Below are positions 25,253 through 34,500 of a stretch of DNA of 35,456 nt, in pieces. The first letter of the stretch is position 1, and the number at the start of each line of letters is the position of its first letter. This stretch comes from a virus, in the UHGV virus genome UHGV-0270948, one strand, 5' to 3'. The translations under genes and the position numbers were made by a program. The notes under the pieces are model-generated. The model worked only from the letters and a program-made list of their open reading frames with translations, was not told the DNA's origin and did not search any database.

Positions 25253-25579
25253 TTATTTATGTTTATTAAATTTCGTCCGCTGCCACATCTCCGCGACTTT
25301 TTCCCAACCACCGGTTGCCACTAAATATACTATAAATGCTGCTATCACGGCCCCAACAATATAATACCAAATTATCTGAATGCTAAAGTATATGCATAGA
25401 ATCACAACCGCCAACGGGCACAAGATCAAGGCCACCACAAGTGCCACTGCATTTGTCTGGATTTTTTTCACCCCCGGCATCTCTTTGATTACCTGTGTGA
25501 TAACACTGGTCAAAAACGCCAATACTCCAATCGCCATAAGTAAATAAGTTACATACTGCATTAAAATTTCCATACTCAT
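25253..25579 (-). CDS. Holin, 108 aa with three predicted TM helices
   Basis: Three hydrophobic segments and a basic C-terminus 'RTKFNKHK'. Located in the lysis cassette. Confidence 0.6.
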   Translation of the reverse strand: MSMEILMQYVTYLLMAIGVLAFLTSVITQVIKEMPGVKKIQTNAVALVVALILCPLAVVILCIYFSIQIIWYYIVGAVIAAFIVYLVATGGWEKVAEMWQRTKFNKHK

Positions 25580-25581
25580 AA

Positions 25582-25893
25582 TTATTCCTCCATATCATGC
25601 GCCTGTTTATTCAGGTGCTTTTCTATTTTATTTATCGCTTCTGTTACAGGTCCATTGCACCCCTGCTCTTTTAAACCTTTCAGGCATGCCAATAAGCCGT
25701 ATGTGGCAAGACACTGCTCCTCGTTTATTTTCCTGATGTCTTCTTCATGCATTTTCCGCAAACTTTCCATCCGCTTTTCCAGTTTTGCCGGCTTCTGGTA
25801 AAACTTATATATTGCAATTAACACGCCACCAAGCACGCCAAATGCACTAATCAGACCCGCAGCAGTGGCAATCGTTTCTGCAGTTATGTACAT
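25582..25893 (-). CDS. Lysis-associated membrane protein, 103 aa from the internal ATG; N-terminal TM plus coiled-coil (XhlA-like position)
   Basis: AGAGAGGA sits 9 nt before the ATG at 25893. One TM helix followed by a charged helical region containing Cys pairs. Confidence 0.4.
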   Translation of the reverse strand: MYITAETIATAAGLISAFGVLGGVLIAIYKFYQKPAKLEKRMESLRKMHEEDIRKINEEQCLATYGLLACLKGLKEQGCNGPVTEAINKIEKHLNKQAHDMEE

Positions 25894-25926
25894 CGGATTA
25901 TCCTCTCTTTCTATATTATTCCACAC

Positions 25927-25951
25927 ATAAAAATAAGACCTGTTACGGTCT
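25927..25951 (-). terminator. Intrinsic terminator between the tail-accessory genes and the lysis cassette (AGACC-guaaca-GGUCU, then UAUUUUUAU)
   Basis: Hairpin plus U-rich tract on the minus transcript. Confidence 0.4.
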
Positions 25952-25979
25952 CGCTCTGATTTCCATGTGGTTACGTCTC

Positions 25980-26267
25980 TTATGATACATATATTCGCAC
26001 CTCATGCTTTAGAATCTCCGGCGGAATCTCATATGTAAATTCCAGCGTGTATGATCCACCTTTGATCATCGGTTGGATCAGTGCAGACAAGACGGTTTCT
26101 GTATCGCTTTTCTGCATGATCTCACATGTGCCGAGATTCTCTTCCTGATCCCCATTCCGTAAGACATACTTTGCTGATGTCACATCAAACGGCTTTCCAT
26201 TTGTGCTCCGTACACTGATACAAACATATTTTTTCTCGCCGAGTTCAAATCCGACTTTTTCCAGCAA
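25980..26267 (-). CDS. Hypothetical protein, 95 aa
   Basis: ORF in the tail-accessory region. Confidence 0.45.
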   Translation of the reverse strand: MLEKVGFELGEKKYVCISVRSTNGKPFDVTSAKYVLRNGDQEENLGTCEIMQKSDTETVLSALIQPMIKGGSYTLEFTYEIPPEILKHEVRIYVS

Positions 26268-26633
26268 TTATACCACCGCCTTTCTGCAGCCTTTCAGTTT
26301 CGCAATATAATTTTCCTGCAGAACATTTACATCTCTGGCCGTGACCAGCTGTGCCACCCACGGTAGCAGTAACAGGCGTGCCCTGTCGCCCGCGTCGATC
26401 AACCTTGCTTCCATCCGATCTCCCAACAACCGCGCCTCTGTATGCGCGTGATAATCAAGCATCACAGAGCACTGCAGATGTCCCCGCAGTCCGCTGTCAG
26501 ACTCCGCCCAGATCTCGATCGCCTGCAGTCCCGGCAGTCGCGGGGCATATCCCTCCCAGTACCCGGGACGGTTCGGGATGGGTGTAAACTCCACTTCTGT
26601 AGAGTTTACAACGCCCCATACTCTGATAATCAT
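26268..26633 (-). CDS. Hypothetical protein, 121 aa, encoded by a markedly GC-rich segment
   Basis: ORF with Arg/Ala/Leu-rich composition. Local GC is visibly higher than in the flanks. Confidence 0.45.
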   Translation of the reverse strand: MIIRVWGVVNSTEVEFTPIPNRPGYWEGYAPRLPGLQAIEIWAESDSGLRGHLQCSVMLDYHAHTEARLLGDRMEARLIDAGDRARLLLLPWVAQLVTARDVNVLQENYIAKLKGCRKAVV

Positions 26634-27541
26634 CAGTCTGCCGGATCCGTCACCTTAAAGGTGAGATGGATCGTGCCGTTGGCATCCACGGTTGTAGCTT
26701 CTGCCTCGACATCGGATATAACCGGCGCTTTAGTATCAACTGTGACATGTCTTGTAACAGATGTAGTTTTCCCGATGTTGTCCTCTGCGACTACTGTAAT
26801 TGTGTTTGCTCCCTCTTTAAGCGTAATCTCCTTACTAAACGCCCCTCCTGATCCAACGGACACGGTCTCCCCGTTAATCTTAACGCTTGTGAGCGTTACC
26901 GCATCCGATCCGGCCGCAGCAGTACCTGCTACTGTTACCTTGTTGCTGTTTGTCAGCAAATTATCCTGCGGGCTTGTAACATTAAGCGTCGGGGCAGATG
27001 TTGAAATGACGAAGGATACTGTCGCAGCATCGGATACATTTCCATCATTGTCTGTTACCTGTAAGGATACAGAGTTTGATCCATCCGACAGGTTGGCCGC
27101 ATGGTAGGTACAAACCTTTTTACCACCCTGATCTGCCCATGATACGCCCTGTGTAACCTGAACATTGTTGACCTTAAAGATTACAGATGCCATATTAAGA
27201 CCGGAGCCGCCGGCATCAGAAAGCTCAAGTTTGATGTCCTGCGCTGCTGATCCAAGGACACTGCCCTGGGTTGGGGAGATGATCTTTGCGACGGGTTTCG
27301 TCTTTTCCAAAACACGGATGTTTAACTGATCTCCATACGTCCCGTCGGTGGCGTGCATGATTGTCTCGTTGCCCGCTGCGTCAAAGGCATGGAGTTCAAT
27401 CGGGTATGTATGATTGGTTTGTCCGTAGGACGATTCCGCTCCCGATGGGATATCCACTTTCCACAACTGTGTTCCCGAATTATATGACGCATTATACTGC
27501 TGCCCTTTATATACAGCATAAGCTCTTGTTATTTCACTCAT
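26633..27541 (-). CDS. Ig-like-domain tail or decoration protein, 302 aa
   Basis: Repeated T/S/V/N-rich beta-strand segments like Big_2 or group-3 Ig domains. AGGAGG RBS. Located between the XkdX-like genes and the lysis cassette. Confidence 0.55.
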   Translation of the reverse strand: MSEITRAYAVYKGQQYNASYNSGTQLWKVDIPSGAESSYGQTNHTYPIELHAFDAAGNETIMHATDGTYGDQLNIRVLEKTKPVAKIISPTQGSVLGSAAQDIKLELSDAGGSGLNMASVIFKVNNVQVTQGVSWADQGGKKVCTYHAANLSDGSNSVSLQVTDNDGNVSDAATVSFVISTSAPTLNVTSPQDNLLTNSNKVTVAGTAAAGSDAVTLTSVKINGETVSVGSGGAFSKEITLKEGANTITVVAEDNIGKTTSVTRHVTVDTKAPVISDVEAEATTVDANGTIHLTFKVTDPAD

Positions 27542-27562
27542 ATCATTAAATCCTCCTAAAAC

Positions 27563-27706
27563 TTATTTGCGTTCTGAAGCTATTGGGTAGTCATAGGGAT
27601 AGTCATGGGGATAATCCTGCTCGTACCAAAACTCAAAGCTGATCCGGATGCGCTCTCCCGCAGCTACAGTAGTTTTCTCTGTCTTTACTTCCTTGATCTC
27701 TGCCAT
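27563..27706 (-). CDS. Small protein, 47 aa (MAEIKEVKTEKTTVAAGERIRISFEFWYEQDYPHDYPYDYPIASERK)
   Basis: AAAGGCGGG RBS. Under 60 aa, so not in the track. Confidence 0.3.
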   Translation of the reverse strand: MAEIKEVKTEKTTVAAGERIRISFEFWYEQDYPHDYPYDYPIASERK

Positions 27707-27722
27707 ATGCTACCCGCCTTTC

Positions 27723-27866
27723 TCACTCTCCTGCCAGGTCGTTTGTAATCTCGATCACTACCGCCCGGAGATTAAACAGGTTTGGAACCTGATCGAATGT
27801 AAATACTCCGGAAACCACTAAACTTACCCAAGTTTTTACTAAAATACTGTTTTTTGTAAATGTCAT
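27723..27866 (-). CDS. XkdX-like small phage protein, copy B, 47 aa (tentative family call)
   Basis: AAAGGAG sits 7 nt before the ATG. Motif 'NSILVKTWVSLVVSG...QVPNL' is paralogous to copy A. Confidence 0.4.
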   Translation of the reverse strand: MTFTKNSILVKTWVSLVVSGVFTFDQVPNLFNLRAVVIEITNDLAGE

Positions 27867-27868
27867 GA

Positions 27869-28009
27869 TTATTCTCCTTTCGTTCCATCAAGCACTTGAT
27901 ACACCACATCCTGAAGATTGCTTAAACCTGGAACCTGCTCCCTGGTATATGTACCGGCGAGGACAAGGCTTACCCACGTTTTTACAATAACGCTGTTTTC
28001 ATTAAACAT
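27869..28009 (-). CDS. XkdX-like small phage protein, copy A, 46 aa (tentative family call)
   Basis: GGAGGTG RBS. 'NSVIVKTWVSLVLAGTYTREQVPGLSNL'. The start overlaps the upstream stop. Confidence 0.4.
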   Translation of the reverse strand: MFNENSVIVKTWVSLVLAGTYTREQVPGLSNLQDVVYQVLDGTKGE

Positions 28010-28418
28010 CTGCTTCACCTCCCTCTATATCTTGCGGCGTCCCCGCTGCTGAAGTCGTAAGCGCAGCGATCACTGTTGTCAACTCCGCGATTGCCATTTG
28101 CAGATCTGTGTTTGTCTGGTTAACAGCATCCTCGACATTGGTGAGACGTTCCTCGGTCGTTGTCCCCTCCTCGTATAACACCACTCCATAGATCTGTCCT
28201 GTGTAGATCTCTGCATGGTCGTATGCCGTGTAACCTTCATAGGTCGCAATCGTCTGGCCACGCTCCTGCACAATCATGTGGGCTGTCCGGCTTTGATCAG
28301 TAAACAGCACCTTTAACTGTTCCGGAGTATTTCCAACCGTCAGAATTCGCAGATAATCCCCGTGGGATTCAACCTGCTGAACAATAATCTCGGTTGCATC
28401 ATTAAAAATAAGCTTCAT
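28002..28418 (-). CDS. Hypothetical tail-accessory protein, 138 aa
   Basis: ORF immediately outside the invertible segment, with an A/T-rich C-terminal helix. Confidence 0.45.
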   Translation of the reverse strand: MKLIFNDATEIIVQQVESHGDYLRILTVGNTPEQLKVLFTDQSRTAHMIVQERGQTIATYEGYTAYDHAEIYTGQIYGVVLYEEGTTTEERLTNVEDAVNQTNTDLQMAIAELTTVIAALTTSAAGTPQDIEGGEADV

Positions 28419-28449
28419 AAAATATCAATCCTTTCTTAATCTTTTGGGA

Positions 28450-28473
28450 AAATAAATATTTGTCGGAGTTACA
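28450..28473. repeat. Left 24-bp inverted repeat of the invertible segment (AAATAAATATTTGTCGGAGTTACA)
   Basis: Its exact reverse complement lies at 29196..29219. The repeat encodes K-Y-L-S-E-L-Q in the fibre gene frame. Confidence 0.8.
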
Positions 28474-28825
28474 GTCGTATCACGATAAAAAGATGCTCAC
28501 ACCGACCGATCTGGGAATAAGGAACGGAGTGTGGAAATTCATAGTAAACAACTCGTATAAAATCGGCAAAACGGTACATTTAAACATGGAAATTTATACA
28601 ACCGCTGTAATAGTCGCAAACAACGTGTACGACAATGTTTTTACTATACCGTTACAGTACCGACCAGCAAATGATGTTGTCGTAAATGTAACAGCGTCAG
28701 ACAGCGCATACAAAAACGCGGTCGCCTGCACAGCTATGGTAAAAGCAAATGGTAATCTGTTTATCTGCATACCCAAAGCAACAAGCAATTATCTTTTTAT
28801 CGACGCTGAATGGGAGTGTGCTTGA
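28460..28825 (+). other. Promoterless alternative tail-fibre C-terminal cassette (homologue of fibre residues about 164-288) in inverted orientation
   Basis: No RBS. The protein begins inside the inverted repeat and is about 50% identical to the fibre C-terminus (NVFT.P...RP....N..A.D.Y.NAVAC.AM...GN....IPK.T.NY.FIDAEWE). Confidence 0.65.
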
Positions 28826-28849
28826 CAGCTTATTAGGAAGTGATTCGCG

Positions 28850-29716
28850 TTATCCAACTTCCCACTCCGCGTCAATAAACACATAGTTATTTGTCGATTT
28901 TGGTATCGTAAGCATGATGTTCCCTTTTGTATCAATCATAGCCATACACGCAACGGCATTACCATAGCTGGCGTCTGTGGCGTATGCGTTTATTACATAT
29001 CTCGTACTGGGTCGGAGCGTGGCAGGAACGGTAAATACGTTGTTGTATGTACGGTTAGCGACAATCGTTTTACTAAAAAGTTCCACGTTCAGACGGACTG
29101 TATTATCGCGTCTGACGCAATTAAAAAACATGGTTGACCAAGCTCCATTCAAAGCGAGATCTTTAGCGGTTAATTTTGTTATTTTGTGGCGATCTTGTAA
29201 CTCCGACAAATATTTATTTATCGTAGACATGTCGTCCATCATCGGAGGTATGATATCGACGCCCGTAACATTTATCCCATCCAAATTAATTACAAATACC
29301 GGACAATACACTTCTGCATCACCCGCCTGAATATCTCCATCCGTTACTGGCATACTAGGCACTGCCGGATTACTTGCCGCTGGCGTACCCTGCACAACCG
29401 CCCATTCCCCTGACTCAATGTTTCGTGACGAGTCATATGTATATTTGACTGCAATCACATCTTTTCTCTTCATTCCTTGATTACCATTGTTGATAGTTAC
29501 CTCATCGTAAACCCCAACTTTAACAGTAAAGAGAGCACCCTGAAACATCAGCGCGCCATCTTTGATACGGATTTTATTTGAGCTCTGCACTTCCGGTGCC
29601 AGCATACTTCCCGTATTAAGGATACAGGCATTCGCCCCAAAAATACCCTGTTGAAGCTGCCGAACCTGCTGTGATGTGATGTGCGGCTTCCCCGATCTTC
29701 CTGTTACTAATTCCAT
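28850..29716 (-). CDS. Tail fibre / receptor-binding protein, 288 aa; the C-terminal 125 residues are encoded inside the invertible segment
   Basis: AAGGAG RBS. Follows the Tal-like gene. Its C-terminal domain is homologous to the inverted cassette, and the right inverted repeat lies at codons 157-164. Confidence 0.6.
   Translation of the reverse strand: MELVTGRSGKPHITSQQVRQLQQGIFGANACILNTGSMLAPEVQSSNKIRIKDGALMFQGALFTVKVGVYDEVTINNGNQGMKRKDVIAVKYTYDSSRNIESGEWAVVQGTPAASNPAVPSMPVTDGDIQAGDAEVYCPVFVINLDGINVTGVDIIPPMMDDMSTINKYLSELQDRHKITKLTAKDLALNGAWSTMFFNCVRRDNTVRLNVELFSKTIVANRTYNNVFTVPATLRPSTRYVINAYATDASYGNAVACMAMIDTKGNIMLTIPKSTNNYVFIDAEWEVG
29196..29219. repeat. Right 24-bp inverted repeat of the invertible segment
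   Basis: Perfect reverse complement of 28450..28473. Confidence 0.8.
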
Positions 29717-29718
29717 AA

Positions 29719-30723
29719 TTAATCATCTCCTTCTACTTTATATTCAAGAGAGGTCTTTCCTCCCGCTACCCGGTAAATCTTTTTTGCAATCGGCTTTGCC
29801 GCATACATCCCCGTGCCGTAATCACGCCCGCCGATAATATCCCCAATCTCAACATTCATTTTTAACTGCTCAACATTCATTTCAAAAATAGTTCTGTTCA
29901 TAAGCTTCGCCAGCTTTTCTCTTCCTTTTTCTTCCAGCTCATCACGCTCTGCTGACGTATTTTCATATACCCCACAAACTTCCCTGATTCCTGTATAAAA
30001 CAAATCTCTGCCAATACTGCCGTCCTCCTGGACGTACAGATCAATCACCTGCCGATCCTGCAATTCGCCTTTTCCAAGGCAAATCAAATGATTGATACCG
30101 TTTTTATTTTCATCAAATGTAAAGTTCAACCTGCTGTCCTGTGACAGTTCAATTTTTTCCGAGTAGTCCTCAATCGGTACTGCCGACAATTCCACGTATC
30201 CGGGTTGCCCTCTCTCCTGCTGTACATACCGTATCTGTAACCGATACCCGACACTTTTTAACATCTTTGTGAGACCCGCCAGTAAAGTACAGTACCTATC
30301 AAATTGATAATCAGTTACAAATATTCCCGTATCACTTCGGGATACAACAAAATAATCACCGAAATGTTCTGCGATCAGACCATCTAACACCACACTCAGT
30401 TCACCGGATACTTTCTTATAATCTTGCCCGGTGGGGGGACGAATGATTTTCTTTTCCAACATTCCTCTCCACGTCCTGCCAAATAAAGATATTGTGCTAT
30501 CTGTCGTGTTTATCTTCTTCCTCCCGATAATACCGCCAAACTCTGTATCGTTGATGTAAAACACATTCCCATACTTATATCGGTCATCCCACTGATCGCG
30601 CCGAATCTTGATTTCATAATCGTTTTCATCCGATCCAATCGCCATATCAATTTCCGCTCCCATCACTGGACGGATATCCCGGAAATTCTGATCCGCAAGG
30701 TTCAACTGCCTTTCGTCTTGCAT
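29719..30723 (-). CDS. Tail-associated (Tal-like) baseplate protein, 334 aa
   Basis: Position between Dit and the fibre. AAAGGAG RBS. Confidence 0.45.
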   Translation of the reverse strand: MQDERQLNLADQNFRDIRPVMGAEIDMAIGSDENDYEIKIRRDQWDDRYKYGNVFYINDTEFGGIIGRKKINTTDSTISLFGRTWRGMLEKKIIRPPTGQDYKKVSGELSVVLDGLIAEHFGDYFVVSRSDTGIFVTDYQFDRYCTLLAGLTKMLKSVGYRLQIRYVQQERGQPGYVELSAVPIEDYSEKIELSQDSRLNFTFDENKNGINHLICLGKGELQDRQVIDLYVQEDGSIGRDLFYTGIREVCGVYENTSAERDELEEKGREKLAKLMNRTIFEMNVEQLKMNVEIGDIIGGRDYGTGMYAAKPIAKKIYRVAGGKTSLEYKVEGDD

Positions 30724-31538
30724 TTCGGCTCACTCCTTTCGCAGTATAATTTAAGATCGAAGCCGAAACTTCCTGACCAAACAACACGGATATTTCCCGG
30801 CGTGATCAGATCGAATACCGACTGTTGCTTTGCTCGAGAATCATAAATATCCTGTCGGACTCCATCCGACCTATATTTAACAATCGTATTATTCCGGCTA
30901 TTGATCTGCATGTAATCATTCTCTTCCAGGGACGTATAAACTTGATATGGATGCCCATTAATTAAGATCATCGGATCTGTCACAGGCCCGAAAACCGTCA
31001 GAAGAAATTCGCAGGGGGCAAAATGATCTACTGTCCAAATCAAATCACTGCCATATGGCATTGTGTAATCATAGTCAAAATCATACTCATAATCTAAATG
31101 CCCCTCTGGATCATCCCCCGATATAATCTGCTGGAAAGATCTTGATACCTCGTGAATCCAAAACGGATGATCCGTCACAACGGTAAGATTTTTAACCTGT
31201 ATCGGAACCCCCATAAACGCATCCGTTTTTATATCGCCGGATATATAGCAGGACAAATACTGATCTCCAATATACAGCCGCCCGGGGTTGTGATTCATGA
31301 TGTCTTTTACAACGATACTGTGGAAATTATTCAGGATGTCCGCAAATTCCTCATCCGAATCCGCGGTTACAGTAACCGTAATGGGATATGTTGCCATTTC
31401 TCTTGTAAATGACGTTATTTTCCCATTGTCTGTATCTGCATCCCATGAATAGTTGAACAACTCTTGATACTTCAAAATCACATTTTCAGAGTCGAGGAGA
31501 ATCTTTTCGTTTAAATGATTAATGTAATACACATCCAT
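30702..31538 (-). CDS. Distal tail protein (Dit-like), about 278 aa from the ATG at 31538
   Basis: Immediately follows the tape measure gene, 1 nt after its stop. AAAGGGGGA RBS. Confidence 0.5.
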   Translation of the reverse strand: MDVYYINHLNEKILLDSENVILKYQELFNYSWDADTDNGKITSFTREMATYPITVTVTADSDEEFADILNNFHSIVVKDIMNHNPGRLYIGDQYLSCYISGDIKTDAFMGVPIQVKNLTVVTDHPFWIHEVSRSFQQIISGDDPEGHLDYEYDFDYDYTMPYGSDLIWTVDHFAPCEFLLTVFGPVTDPMILINGHPYQVYTSLEENDYMQINSRNNTIVKYRSDGVRQDIYDSRAKQQSVFDLITPGNIRVVWSGSFGFDLKLYCERSEPKCKTKGS

Positions 31539-31539
31539 G

Positions 31540-34500
31540 CTAAAGAATCCCCCTTTCTCGCAAATGCTCATCCATAATTCTGCCGAGTTCCCTGCTGCCC
31601 ACTGATAAAGTAAGTTCCCTGACCGCAGATTTCATACACTTTTCCATCTTATTGTAATCAATCCCCGGATCGTTACTATACGCCTTGTTCTCCTCTGCTG
31701 TCAGGACACGCTCTCCTTTGTGCAACACTGCCTGATATCCGTCGTAGGGTACGTTATCAAGTCCGTTATAGTGAGAATATCCCTGCGCTGCTGAAATCGC
31801 AGCGTTAATGCCGCTTGTTATTGCGTTCGTTGCTAATGTGATCGACAGTGTCCTCGCTCTCGTGGCGTTGTTCGCTTCCTCATCAATCGCTCGTAAATCC
31901 GCGATTGTTCCGTCTTTATTAACCTTTACCTCACAAGGTGTTCCGTTTAAAATCGCAATTCCTTCCCGCGTGCCGTCTGCCGACTTTTTAATGTCCGACA
32001 AGGAGCTCACAACATCCTCATTCGCATTGACGAGTTCACCGTTCTTCTCTTTCAGTCCATCTAAAGATGTTCCCAGCATCTCAAAAGACCCTTTTCCGCT
32101 CAGCGCCATCTCCATCGTCGCAGCTTGGATTTCTTGCGAATATCCAACAAGTGTTCCAGATGCTTCGTTGTAAAGACCTACAATCTTCCCTGTTGCCTGA
32201 TCATAGTTGACCACGATATCCTCATTTGTGCCTTTTTCTATGTTATATAGGGTATAACATCCTGACTGTGTAATTTGCTCTAATCCCGCATACCTTTCCT
32301 GTACCTTTTGCAGATATTCAGCATTCCTTTCCTCCTCTCCTGTGAGGATCTGACCATTCAAGTCGCTGATTCCATCCAGTAATTTCGGGTTGTATTCTTC
32401 GATAATGCTGAGGTATTCATCGTAAAGGTCACGCTGTTCTGTAATCTTTTTCTGCTTGTCCTGCTCTAAATTTGCGATCTGTTCCTCGTAATATGCCCGA
32501 TCTTCTTCCTTGCATGTGCTAAGTTTACTCTGCAGGAGCTGTATTTCTGTGTCGTAGGCCGCTTGAATCTGTACGATCTCATCATCTCGGATCTTCGCTT
32601 TCTCTTGTAAAAGTTCCGATGCACTTTCAAGATCCATCGTCCGCGCCCGAGCAGCAAACTCATTTTTTGCATAAAGGATTTCTTGCTCTGTTCCTCCCAG
32701 TGCTTCCAACTCAATCTGACGTATCCGTTCGTTTTTACTTTGGATGTCTGCAATTTCCTGCTCATTCAACTGTCGTTTTTCATTCATTGCATTTTGCTGG
32801 ATCGCAAGAATTTCACCTCGTAACGTCTGTACTTCACTGATCTGCGCATCACTTGATTGCGACAACAGTTCCAGTACTTTCTGTTCGCTTTCATCAATCA
32901 CCTGATCATCTGCGATGAACAGGTCTTTCAGTCCACTTTGTGCCTCCTCTTTCCTGCTTTCGATCGTCGAGATCACTTCGTCACATATACCATTGACCCG
33001 TTTCGTAAACCCATCGGTTTCCTCCTGTGTCATGATTCCGTCAAATCCGATCTCGTGCAAGTACACACTGAATTCTTGGACCTTTTTCGTAGATTCTTCC
33101 ACGGCTTCCTGAAATTCAGGGCTTAACTCATCGCTGAATTCTTTATGTACATACCCCATTTCTTCCAGTTCTTCTTTCGTGTACCTCGTAACTCCTTGCA
33201 GGTCTGCCAGCGCTTCTTCCAGCCATGACATTTCCTCTCTCGATTTAAGGACTGTGGAATTGAGCACATCGCTTTGCTCATGAAGAGCATATACTCCGGC
33301 GCCAACCACTGCTAAACCTGCCGCAAGGGGTGCACATGTTCCCAGAGCGCCTGTAAAGCTTTTTGCAAGCACAGATCCTCCTATGCCTGCTGCCTCTTGT
33401 GCGTCACCGAAAGCGCTAAGCGCTTTTGTGACTGCTCCTATTCCTGTCTTTAACTTAGTATAGGTTTGAACCCCACCGCCGATTAGTTTTAACGCCGGAC
33501 CTGCTGCCGCAAGAGTGATTCCCCACTGCACCACATTCTCTTTCTGCTCATCTGTTAATTCGGAAAATGCTTCTGCCACATCCCCTAATATATCAGACGC
33601 TTTCTCGATTACCGGAACAAACGCTGCACCAAAACGTACTCCTTCGTTCCGAAGTTCATTCAATGCGCCTTTTAACTGTTCTGCCGGAGTCGCATCTATT
33701 TTTTCAAACGCCTTTTGCGTCGCCCCTGCGCTTGTCTCCATTCCTCGCAGCATTTCGTTGTATTCTTCGCCGTTGTTTTTATACAGCACCAACGCCGCCG
33801 ATCCTGCTTCCACAGAGCCGAACATATCTTTCAAAGTCTTATCGTTCTTTTGTGCCTCTACATTTAACAGACTCAAAATCTCTGTTGTAGACGTCCCCTC
33901 TTTTTTCAGATCTGCAAAACCTTTTCCTGTCAGCTCCCGCAGCGTTATGTCCGCAATACTTCCGCTTTTTGACAACTCTGACAGCATTGCTTTTAAATAC
34001 GTTCCAGATTCCGCTGTTGCCACACCGTTTTTCGTAAGCTGTGCATAAGATGCACTCAATTCCTCAATGCTGAAATTCGACGCATTTGCAACCGGGATCA
34101 CTGTTCCCATGCTTGACGCCAGTTCGTCCACCGTTGTTTTACCTAAATTCTGCGTTGTGATCAATAAATCGGATACTCTCGTGGCATCACTCGCTTCTAG
34201 TCCATACGCATTAATCGCCGTCGTGAGGACATCTACTGCTTTCGCTCCGTCTGTAAAACCGCCTTTTGCAAGTTTCATCGCATCCGTCGTGAACTGGATC
34301 GCTTCTTTTTGATCCACTCCCGCAGAGATTGAAGAATAGACAGCTTCTGAAAATTCATCCACCGCCACCTTCGTTTCACTGCTTGCATCAAGAAGCTCAT
34401 TTTTGTACTGTGTAAAATCTACGACATTTGAATCCAGAAGTGTACTTACTTTTGCAAAGCTGCTCTCAAAATCAACCGCCATTTTTGTCGTTGCAGCGCC

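Noticed and set aside
26351-27107. Long plus-strand ORFs (26351..26587 and 26442..27107) overlapping the tail-accessory genes.
   Set aside because: They lie antisense to well-supported minus-strand genes in a GC-rich stretch where stop codons are rare. They have Pro/Arg/Ala-rich low-complexity products and no RBS.
28977-29330. 117-aa plus-strand ORF inside the tail-fibre gene.
   Set aside because: It is antisense to the fibre CDS and exists only because the right inverted repeat and fibre sequence are open in that frame.
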